Notes under the pieces: model-generated
Told to the model about the DNA's origin: nothing
Databases searched by the model: none
The model's input: the letters and a program-made list of their open reading frames with translations, nothing else
Translations under genes and position numbers: made by a program
DNA from: an uncultured Candidatus Saccharibacteria bacterium
Lineage (GTDB): Bacteria; Patescibacteriota; Minisyncoccia; Phycocordibacterales; UBA9973
NCBI GenBank assembly: GCA_964354935.1
Contig: CAYHBT010000002.1
Location: 19,864 to 63,509, forward strand
Direction: 5' to 3'
Length of the DNA stretch: 43,646 nt
In this document: piece by piece, positions 1 through 7,867 of the stretch
Layout: each line of letters opens with the position of its first letter
Numbering within the stretch: position 1 is the stretch's first letter

Positions 1-86
1 TGGAAGTGACCCGTTTCCTCCTCGCGGATAAGATTATATCGCAAGAACCGTTCTTGCGAAACTGTTCTTGCGAAACTTTAATCAAA

Positions 87-2777
87 TTATTTCTCTAGAA
101 ATTCCTCGATAATCTTCCCATCCCGTCTGAGCCACGCGACATTGCCTTCTAGGCGCTCGAGGACTTGCAGAATGGCGCGTTTGGCGCCGGGTGCTTCGTG
201 GGTGGCGAAGAATTTTTTGAAAGATTTGAAATGCTTTTCTTCGGCGCTGCCGGAGATAGCTTTGACTAGGCGTTGGAGGGTATGTCCGCCTTCGCCATAC
301 CGTTGGACTAGAGTCTTCCAATTCTTTTGTATGAAGGAGAGCCAAATGTCGCGTCCGGCGGGGTTTGCGCCGACAGATGAGAGAATACTGATGGTGTCTT
401 GCGGGCGGACATTTTTGCTCAAAGCGAATTCGCAGGTTTGAGCCAATAATTTAACATCGGAAAAATCTCCCAAGGCTCCGCCGAGCCTGTTTTTCTCTTC
501 ATGTAAAGTTTCTTTTTTATATTTTTCCAAAAACGCTAGGTATTCTTTTTCTCCGCCCCACTTGGCAACAATGGAATATACCGCCCCGCGAATGTCGGGA
601 TTTATTTTGCCTGTGGCAAATTTTTTCTTTGCCTCGGAAATTATTTTTTCATCGCCAGCGCGTCCGGCGCGGGAAATAGCAAGTGAACGCAGAAGGGTGT
701 CCGTGTGCATTTCATCTCTTTTGGGTGCCCAGCCGAGCCTGCCGGCGAGAGGGGAGAAAAGTTGCAGAATTAACTCATCTAATTTTGATTTCACTTTCTC
801 TTTCACTAGGATTTGCTCGAGTCTGCCGAGACCGCTTGCTAGCTCCAGCCAGACGCTGTAATTATCTTCATTTTTATACGCAGGCAAAAATTCGAGCGCA
901 TCTGTCGTAGGAATCGTGCCGGCTTCCGCCAAGGCAAAAAGGTCGCGAATGATTCCGAGCCTATCGCGAGCGGAGAGTAATTTTTTTTCTACCGGCATTT
1001 TTAATTTTTCTAAAAGCTCTCCTGAATATGCCGTCCTATAAAATCCCGCTTCGCCGAAATTTATTTTGAGCCAATTCAAACCTTCACTTGAAACTACTTT
1101 TTTCGCCGTCGCATCAAAGCCCAAACTCTTTCTTGGCATACTTTTTATAGGGTACAGATATTTTTCTGCTGAAAAATTCTTCCTGCTCGCGCCGCCGCGC
1201 TGCGCAAGCCCCTCTAAAAAGTACGCCTGCGACGAGTTTGGGCTTTTCACTGATATTGGTATTTGCCAAGTAGTTTTGCTTGCCCCGCCATGGCGTGGGT
1301 TTTTTACTTTTTTCGCTGAAATCGGGCTCGCAAAAAATCTTTCTTGCGACAATTTTAATTTATTATCTTTGATTTCTGCTTTCACGACTGGATAGCCCGG
1401 TTTGCTTGTCCAATTACGCATCATTTTTTCTACCGGTTTTTTGGACACTTTCTCAAACGCTTCCCAAAGATGGAAAGTCTCGGTGTTTTTATAACTATGC
1501 TTTTTCAAATAATGGCGCAAGCCGTCGCGGAAATCTTTTTCGCCTAGGTAATCCGCGAGCATACGGATAATAGACGCGCCTTTGGAATATGAAACTTCGT
1601 CGAAAATTTCGCCAATTTCGTCCGGATGATGCACCGGAATTTCAATCGGGTGGGTGTGAAGAAGAGAATCTAATCTAAGTGCTACGCCGAGATCGTTGGT
1701 GGAAAACTGCGTCCAAATATCCCAATGCGGGAAAATTTTATCGACAGCCAAGTACTCTATATATGAAGCAAAGCCTTCGTTTAGCCATAGATGCGTCCAC
1801 CACTGCATCGTCACAAGATTGCCGAACCATTGATGCGCTATTTCGTGAGCGATGACGAGGGCGACCCATTGCTTGTTGCCAATCGACGAATGATCTTCGT
1901 CGACCAAGAGAGCGGACTCGCGGTAAGTGATGGCGCCCCAATTTTCCATTGCGCCGGCGGTGAAATCCGGAATGGCGATCATATCTAAAATTGGCAGAGG
2001 GTAGGGAATATCAAAATAATCATCATAAAAATCCAAAGTTTTTACAGCGCAATCAAGCGCGAACTTCGCCTGATGCTTTTTGCCCGGTGTGGTGAAGACT
2101 CGCACTTGCACTCCGTGTTTTGTCTTTGATTCTATGTATTCAAAATCTCCAATGATAAATGCGAGCAGATAGGTAGACATTATCGGGGTCGGGGAAAATT
2201 TTACAATTTCATATACAGCTTCATGTTCGGCCACCGAGATAGGCAAAGTATTGGAGATAGCTGTCTTGCCTTTTGGCACGATGAGCGAAATATGGAAGAC
2301 GGCTTTTTGCGCCGGCTCGTCGAAGCAGGGAAAAGCTCGGCGGGCGTCCGTGGCTTCGAATTGCGTGGTTGCCATGTGATATTTCTTGTCGCCAACATTA
2401 TATTTACTTCTATAAAATCCGCGCATTTTGTCGTTCAGAACTCCCTTAAAGACTATTGTTAACCTTGTCCCGTTAGAAGTAGAGGGTCGCTGCGAGCCCT
2501 CGCGACTTCTAACGGGATTGGGAAAAGTAAATGTCGCAGTTTCAGATTTTTCATCGTAAGAGATTTTTGCGAAAATCTTGCCTTGCGGAAGTCCGACTTC
2601 CGCGGTTTCAATTTCAATTTCTTTGGAGTGCAAGGTAAGTGTTTTCGTAGGTTTTAAAATATCGAGAGTTATTGTCTCAATTCCCTCAAAAGTGAAATTT
2701 TCCAAATCAGGCTTTAGCTGTATATCGTATTCTTTCGGAACAACATTTTTTGATAAACGGACATTTTTCTTTTGCAT
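87..2777 (-). CDS. pepN: M1-family aminopeptidase N
   Basis: 896-aa ORF with a GAMEN motif and HEIAHQWFGNLV...WLNEGFA zinc site (HEXXH-18-E). Carries GC-rich in-frame inserts at 1185-1212, 1278-1299 and 2469-2516. Confidence 0.9.
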   Translation of the reverse strand: MQKKNVRLSKNVVPKEYDIQLKPDLENFTFEGIETITLDILKPTKTLTLHSKEIEIETAEVGLPQGKIFAKISYDEKSETATFTFPNPVRSREGSQRPSTSNGTRLTIVFKGVLNDKMRGFYRSKYNVGDKKYHMATTQFEATDARRAFPCFDEPAQKAVFHISLIVPKGKTAISNTLPISVAEHEAVYEIVKFSPTPIMSTYLLAFIIGDFEYIESKTKHGVQVRVFTTPGKKHQAKFALDCAVKTLDFYDDYFDIPYPLPILDMIAIPDFTAGAMENWGAITYRESALLVDEDHSSIGNKQWVALVIAHEIAHQWFGNLVTMQWWTHLWLNEGFASYIEYLAVDKIFPHWDIWTQFSTNDLGVALRLDSLLHTHPIEIPVHHPDEIGEIFDEVSYSKGASIIRMLADYLGEKDFRDGLRHYLKKHSYKNTETFHLWEAFEKVSKKPVEKMMRNWTSKPGYPVVKAEIKDNKLKLSQERFFASPISAKKVKNPRHGGASKTTWQIPISVKSPNSSQAYFLEGLAQRGGASRKNFSAEKYLYPIKSMPRKSLGFDATAKKVVSSEGLNWLKINFGEAGFYRTAYSGELLEKLKMPVEKKLLSARDRLGIIRDLFALAEAGTIPTTDALEFLPAYKNEDNYSVWLELASGLGRLEQILVKEKVKSKLDELILQLFSPLAGRLGWAPKRDEMHTDTLLRSLAISRAGRAGDEKIISEAKKKFATGKINPDIRGAVYSIVAKWGGEKEYLAFLEKYKKETLHEEKNRLGGALGDFSDVKLLAQTCEFALSKNVRPQDTISILSSVGANPAGRDIWLSFIQKNWKTLVQRYGEGGHTLQRLVKAISGSAEEKHFKSFKKFFATHEAPGAKRAILQVLERLEGNVAWLRRDGKIIEEFLEK
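2469..2516. repeat. 48-bp GC-rich palindromic element, family A copy 1 (in frame in pepN)
   Basis: Gene-sense sequence is CCCGTTAGAAGTCGCGAGGGCTCGCAGCGACCCTCTACTTCTAACGGG. Encodes PVRSREGSQRPSTSNG. Confidence 0.85.
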
Positions 2778-2783
2778 AGAGAA

Positions 2784-2793
2784 ATGTTAGCAT
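2784..2793. promoter_or_regulatory. Overlapping divergent extended -10-like boxes for pepN and scpA
   Basis: Minus strand: TGCTAACAT, then 6 nt, then the pepN ATG. Plus strand: TGTTAGCAT, then 6 nt, then the scpA GTG. The whole intergenic gap is 22 bp with no SD. Confidence 0.45.
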
Positions 2794-2799
2794 ATAAGG

Positions 2800-3561
2800 G
2801 TGGAAAACCAAATTTTTCAAATAAAAACAACCGGTTTCGAGGGTCCGTTTGGACTTCTTTTAGAGTTGATAGAAAAGCGCAAATTTCATATAAATGATGT
2901 GTCGCTCGCGGCGGTGACGGAAGATTACCTCTCTCATATGAACAAATTGGGTGGCCTTTCTTCGGCGGAGATCGCCAGCTTTGTGTTTGTGGCTTCAACT
3001 CTCATTTTAATAAAGTCAAAATCTTTACTGCCTAATTTAAGTCTGACATCGGAGGAAGAAGGCGACATAAAAAATCTGGAAGAAAGACTTCGCCTGTATG
3101 AACTTTTTACAAAACTCGGAATAAATATAAAAAATAATTTTGGAGAAAAAATAATTTTCGCTCCACTAGAAAGAAAAAATGATGTACTAGTATTTTTGCC
3201 CGACGAGCGGATTACCAAAGAGAGCATGATGGGCTTTGCCAAAACCGTTCTTGGCGCTATGCCTAAAAAAGTATTCTTGCCCGAAGTCGAAGTGCGTAAA
3301 GTTATCAGCATAGAGGAAATGATTAGCAATCTGACAGAGAGAATAAAAACTTCGATCAATATGAGCTTCAAAGATTTTGCGGGTTTACCCGCCGGGGTGG
3401 GCAAAGCGCGGACTCGCGAAGAAAAAGTATTTGTGATTGTCGGATTCCTCGCTATGCTGGAGCTCGTGCGAAACGGAATCTTAGACGCGATTCAGGAAGG
3501 CGGGTTTGCGGACATTATTATTAATAAAGAAGTTCAAAAGATTGAAAACAATGGACAATAA
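2800..3561 (+). CDS. scpA: Segregation and condensation protein A (kleisin)
   Basis: 253 aa, GTG start. N-terminal FEGPFGLLLELIEKRKFHINDVSLAAVTEDYL is typical ScpA. Followed by overlapping scpB. Confidence 0.85.
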   Translation: MENQIFQIKTTGFEGPFGLLLELIEKRKFHINDVSLAAVTEDYLSHMNKLGGLSSAEIASFVFVASTLILIKSKSLLPNLSLTSEEEGDIKNLEERLRLYELFTKLGINIKNNFGEKIIFAPLERKNDVLVFLPDERITKESMMGFAKTVLGAMPKKVFLPEVEVRKVISIEEMISNLTERIKTSINMSFKDFAGLPAGVGKARTREEKVFVIVGFLAMLELVRNGILDAIQEGGFADIIINKEVQKIENNGQ

Positions 3562-4174
3562 TTCAGAATCAAAGATAGATCCCGTTAGAGATCGCGAGGG
3601 CTCGCAGCGACCCTCTATCTCTAACGGGATAGAAGCAATACTTTTTTGGAAAGGCGAACCGATGTCGAGAAAAAAACTCGGAGAAATTTTGAAAACGAGT
3701 GAGGAAGAAATAAATGCTGGTCTGGAAAAATTGAAAGAAAATTTAAACAGTAGGGGAATAGTATTGCAGGAAAACGGAGAAGAACTCGCGCTTGGCACAG
3801 CGCCTGAACTTTCGGAGCTGATTGAGAATCTGCAGAAAGAAGAATTAAATAAAGAACTTTCCAAGGCTAGCTTGGAAACATTATCTATCGTGCTTTATAA
3901 AAACGGAGCGAATAGAGCGGAAATAGACTATATCAGGGGAGTGAATTCCAGTTTCACTTTGCGTGCGCTTTCCATTCGCGGACTGGTGGAAAAAATTCTA
4001 GATCCCAAAGACAGCAGGCGGTATATTTACAAGCCAAGCTTCGAGCTCCTATCTTATATGGGCGTGAAATCAGTGGAAGAACTGCCAGACTTTGGTGAAG
4101 TGAGCGGGTCCATAAACATAGCGGCAAAGAATTTGGAAGAGGAGCAGAAAGAAGAAAATGCAAGCGCAAACTAA
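3551..4174 (+). CDS. scpB: Segregation and condensation protein B
   Basis: IEAILFWKGEPMSRKKLGEIL and a second winged-helix region (LETLSIVLYKNGANRAEIDYIRG). The ATG at 3551 overlaps the scpA stop (ATGGACAATAA); the track ORF start at 3506 is probably an upstream extension. Contains the 48-bp element at 3581-3628. Confidence 0.85.
   Translation: MDNNSESKIDPVRDREGSQRPSISNGIEAILFWKGEPMSRKKLGEILKTSEEEINAGLEKLKENLNSRGIVLQENGEELALGTAPELSELIENLQKEELNKELSKASLETLSIVLYKNGANRAEIDYIRGVNSSFTLRALSIRGLVEKILDPKDSRRYIYKPSFELLSYMGVKSVEELPDFGEVSGSINIAAKNLEEEQKEENASAN
3581..3628. repeat. 48-bp GC-rich palindromic element, family A copy 2 (in frame in scpB)
   Basis: CCCGTTAGAGATCGCGAGGGCTCGCAGCGACCCTCTATCTCTAACGGG. 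Encodes PVRDREGSQRPSISNG. 44/48 identical to copy 1 in gene sense. Confidence 0.85.
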
Positions 4175-5906
4175 ACAATGTCAAAACTGTAAAACAGACT
4201 TCATTATAGAGCCGGACGATTTTGGATTTTATGAAAAGATGAAGGTGCCAGTGCCTACATTTTGTCCGGAATGCCGACGGCAGAGACGAAACGCTTGGCG
4301 GAATACTTTTACTTTGTATTCCCGCAAATGCGATTCCTGCCAAAAATCCGTCATTTCACTTTACGCTCCTACCGCGCCAAAGGACGGGCAAGCTTCCGGT
4401 ATCACTATTTACTGCAACAAATGCTGGTGGAGCGATAAATGGGACGCGAAAAGTTTCGGAGCGGAGTATGATTTTTCTAAACCTTTTTTCACGCAGTTTC
4501 GCGAACTTATCGGCAAAGTGCCACACATTTCTATTGTGAACGACGATGGCATCGCTAGCCTAAATTGCGAATACACGCACGATACTTGGTTTTCAAAAAA
4601 TTGCTATATGGTGTTTTCTTCTTGGCGCATAGAAAATGTTTCGTACAGTTTTTTCATTCTTGCCGGCAAAGATATGATGGACTGTATGAATATCAGGTCC
4701 AAAAATGAATTTTTGTACGAATGTGTGCGTTGCGCTACCTCATATAAATTAACACATTCTCAACAATCAAAAGATTGCATAGAATCATCGTTTCTTGCTG
4801 ACTGCCTAAACTGCTCAAATTGTTTTATGTGTTGCGGGTTGCGCGGAAAAAAATACCATTTTAAAAATAAACAATATTCTAAAGAAGAATACGAAAAAAT
4901 CTTAAAAGATCATCGGTTGGATACTTTTTCTGGAGTTGAAAACACAATAAAAGAATTCGATTCTTTTATTTCTACACAAATTCAACGATATGCTCACAAT
5001 TTTCATAATGATTTGAATGTTATCGGTGAAGAAATTTCTAACTCGAAAAATATAAAAAATTGCTTTGGAATAAAAAAATCAGAAAACTGTCGATATTGCG
5101 ACTTCGGCTCGAACGACAAAGAATGCTATGACCTAGTGATGACAGGGGAATCTTCAGAGTGCTATGAGGTGGCTACTGCTGACCAATCCCAACTGAATCT
5201 TTTTGCTGTTTTTTCGGTGAAAAGCCAAGATGTGCGTTACACTCAGCATTGTCATAATTGCAGGCATTGTTTTGGTTGCGTCGGTCTGCGCGATGCAAGT
5301 TACTGTATTTTTAATAAACAATACACAAAAGAAGAATATGAAACGCTGGTGCCGAAAATAATTGAGCAGATGAACAAAATGCCTTTCGTTGATCGCATAG
5401 GAAATTCCTATGCGTATGGAGAATTTTATCCGATAGAACTTTCGCCGTTTGGCTACAATGAAACTCTTGCCATGGAAGATGTCGCGTTCTCAAAAGAAGA
5501 AGCGCAGAAGAGGGGATTTGGCTGGCAGGACAATATTCAACGCACGACGGGCAAGGAAACGCTCAAGCCTGAAAATATTCCGGAGTCCATAGACGAAATA
5601 GGGGATTCAATCTTAGATGAAGTGCTCGCCTGCATCGATTGCAAAAGAAATTACAAAATTGTTCCAAACGAACTTATTTTTTATCGGAAAATGAAAATCC
5701 CTATTCCGCGCCGATGTTTTTATTGCCGTCATGCGAACAGGCTGAAAAAGAGAAATCCGTTCAAACTTTGGCATAGGCAATGTATGTGTGAAAAAAAGCA
5801 CGCACATCACGAAGAACAATGCGACATAGAATTTGAAACAACTTACGCGCCGGAGCGGCCAGAAATTATTTATTGTGAGAAGTGTTATCAGCAGGAAGTG
5901 TACTAA
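4158..5906 (+). CDS. Cys-rich protein of unknown function with zinc-ribbon modules at both termini (paralog 1)
   Basis: 582-aa ORF. N- and C-terminal CxxC..FY.KM..P.P..C..CR modules and two internal halves, each ending C.NC..CF.C.GLR...NKQY[ST]KEEYE. Clear paralog of 34992-36728. Start overlaps the scpB end. Confidence 0.8.
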   Translation: MQAQTKQCQNCKTDFIIEPDDFGFYEKMKVPVPTFCPECRRQRRNAWRNTFTLYSRKCDSCQKSVISLYAPTAPKDGQASGITIYCNKCWWSDKWDAKSFGAEYDFSKPFFTQFRELIGKVPHISIVNDDGIASLNCEYTHDTWFSKNCYMVFSSWRIENVSYSFFILAGKDMMDCMNIRSKNEFLYECVRCATSYKLTHSQQSKDCIESSFLADCLNCSNCFMCCGLRGKKYHFKNKQYSKEEYEKILKDHRLDTFSGVENTIKEFDSFISTQIQRYAHNFHNDLNVIGEEISNSKNIKNCFGIKKSENCRYCDFGSNDKECYDLVMTGESSECYEVATADQSQLNLFAVFSVKSQDVRYTQHCHNCRHCFGCVGLRDASYCIFNKQYTKEEYETLVPKIIEQMNKMPFVDRIGNSYAYGEFYPIELSPFGYNETLAMEDVAFSKEEAQKRGFGWQDNIQRTTGKETLKPENIPESIDEIGDSILDEVLACIDCKRNYKIVPNELIFYRKMKIPIPRRCFYCRHANRLKKRNPFKLWHRQCMCEKKHAHHEEQCDIEFETTYAPERPEIIYCEKCYQQEVY

Positions 5907-6745
5907 AAACACTCCGGATTTATGCTCAGCACATAATTTTTTATTAAATTTTCTTCGGCTACATATTCGTCTCCATCAAATCCGCTGATGTCGGTATCTT
6001 TTATCAAGCGTGTATATTCTTGTGTAAAAGCTTGCGAGAGGGGAAGATATGACCAATGCCATTTTTCTTCGTTGTAACCGGCTATTCTATCTGTACCTTT
6101 TTGATTATATGTTTGGCAAAATCCGAAGAGGAGAGCGTTTTCTGTTAGCCACTCATAAACTTTTTCGCCTTCTGCTGTTTCAAAATATTTCGGATCTACG
6201 CCATTGATATCTATATCTGTACCCCAATGATGGCGGGAGGTACCCGGTACCGCGCTGTATTCTAATATTTTTTCAAATCTTTCTCGTCCGTCGGGAATAC
6301 TTTTCGATAAATCTTTTCCTTCAACAAAAGTGATTCCTGTCCATTTATTATTCCAGAGATTTTTTTGATAATCGAAATTTCTGGTAGCGGAAGTTATGTT
6401 TAATTCTATGCCATTTTTCTCCGCGGTTTCCGCCATTTTTTCAAAAGCTTGCAAGGCTTCTTTTCTTAAATACATTTTGTATCCGGCGATATTATATTTT
6501 GCTGGTATGGGCGCAAAATCTTCCCTCGTTGTCGGATCAAATTTTCCCATCAGGTAAATCTTTTTCTTTGCGTCCTCCCGAGCTTTCTCGGCGGCTTTTT
6601 TTATCGCTAATTCCGCTTTGGCGATCGCCTCATTCTCCTCCTTTTGCCGCAGATCCATAAAATCGTTGGTGAAATAGGGGGTGAGAATGAGAAATATGGC
6701 AAGAAAAATTACAAGACTCAATAAAAATTTATGGATGTTTTTCAC
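5903..6745 (-). CDS. Peptidase M15 (VanY-like D-alanyl-D-alanine carboxypeptidase) with N-terminal membrane anchor
   Basis: 280 aa, with a TM helix then an SRHHWGTDIDI metal-binding motif of the VanY/M15B type. GTG start. Confidence 0.7.
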   Translation of the reverse strand: MKNIHKFLLSLVIFLAIFLILTPYFTNDFMDLRQKEENEAIAKAELAIKKAAEKAREDAKKKIYLMGKFDPTTREDFAPIPAKYNIAGYKMYLRKEALQAFEKMAETAEKNGIELNITSATRNFDYQKNLWNNKWTGITFVEGKDLSKSIPDGRERFEKILEYSAVPGTSRHHWGTDIDINGVDPKYFETAEGEKVYEWLTENALLFGFCQTYNQKGTDRIAGYNEEKWHWSYLPLSQAFTQEYTRLIKDTDISGFDGDEYVAEENLIKNYVLSINPECF

Positions 6746-6789
6746 CTAAAAACCATAACATATTAGGCTGTTTTAATCAAAAAAATATA

Positions 6790-6798
6790 TGCTACAAT
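6790..6798 (+). promoter_or_regulatory. Extended -10-like box 6 nt before the mraY ATG
   Basis: TGCTACAAT-gtctat-ATG; no SD. Confidence 0.45.
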
Positions 6799-6804
6799 GT
6801 CTAT

Positions 6805-7863
6805 ATGCCTTATTTGGATTTAATCAAAATATTTTTACCCACGACAGTCGCCTTTTTTTTGGGCATTTTTTTGACGCCTATTGCCACCCATTTTTTTTAT
6901 AAATACAAGATGTGGAAAAGATACGGCAGAAGCGAGACTGCTACTGCGACGGAATTCTCAAAGATACATAATGAAAATGATGAATTAAGGACTCCGCGGG
7001 TCGGAGGGATAATAATTTGGGTTTCTGTTCTTGTGACCGTTTTTATTTTTTATTTAGTGTCAATTTTGTTTCTGTCAAAAACAAGTGATGAAATGAATTT
7101 TCTCAGTCGTAATCAAACTCTCATTCCACTTTTTACACTTCTCATTGGCTCGCTAGTCGGGCTTTGGGACGACCTGATTCAAATTTATGGTACGGGAAAA
7201 TTTGCCCGCGACGATAAATCTTGGCGCAAGTGGAAAGTTTTTATTATTTCATTTTTATCTCTCATTATTGGCGCTTGGTTTTTCTATAAATTGGGCATGG
7301 TATCAATTCATATTCCATTTGCCGGAGAGATATATTTAGGAATTTTAATAATTCCAGCTTTTATCATCGTCGCGCTCGCGACTTTCTCTGGTGGAGTGAT
7401 AGACGGTATAGACGGACTTTCGGGTGGAGTACTCGCTTCAATTTTTGCGGCGTATTCCACTATCGCTTATGCCAACAACCAAATAGATATCGCCGCTTTT
7501 TCGGGAGTAATAACTGGCGCTATTTTAGCGTTTCTTTGGTTCAACATTCCTCCTGCTAGATTTTATATGGGGGAGACGGGCATAATGGGGCTGACAATTA
7601 CTTTGGCGACTTTGGCATTTATAACTGATTCGGTTTTGGTTCTTCCAATTATCGCGTTTCCACTTGTCGCAACATCTGGTTCTGTTATTTTACAACTTCT
7701 CTCGAAAAAATTTAGAGGCGGAAAAAGGCTATTCAGACTTGCGCCTATTCATCATCATTTTGAAGCTCTCGGTTGGCCTTCTCATAAAGTCACAATGCGT
7801 TTTTGGGTTTTGTCGGTTGTCTTTGCCATTATTGGAGTGATCCTAACAGTAATAAGCAGGTAA
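6805..7863 (+). CDS. mraY: Phospho-N-acetylmuramoyl-pentapeptide transferase
   Basis: 352-aa polytopic membrane protein with the APIHHHFE motif. Position upstream of ftsW-murG fits. Confidence 0.9.
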   Translation: MPYLDLIKIFLPTTVAFFLGIFLTPIATHFFYKYKMWKRYGRSETATATEFSKIHNENDELRTPRVGGIIIWVSVLVTVFIFYLVSILFLSKTSDEMNFLSRNQTLIPLFTLLIGSLVGLWDDLIQIYGTGKFARDDKSWRKWKVFIISFLSLIIGAWFFYKLGMVSIHIPFAGEIYLGILIIPAFIIVALATFSGGVIDGIDGLSGGVLASIFAAYSTIAYANNQIDIAAFSGVITGAILAFLWFNIPPARFYMGETGIMGLTITLATLAFITDSVLVLPIIAFPLVATSGSVILQLLSKKFRGGKRLFRLAPIHHHFEALGWPSHKVTMRFWVLSVVFAIIGVILTVISR

Positions 7864-7867
7864 AATA

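Noticed and set aside
4370-4400. Extra ~7 residues (PKDGQAS) in Cys-rich paralog 1 sharing the 12-mer GGGCAAGCTTCC with the purL insert at 39503-39514
   Set aside because: The segment is not convincingly palindromic and a single shared 12-mer is weak. It is noted as a possible degenerate member of the GGCGGGCAAG family but not claimed.
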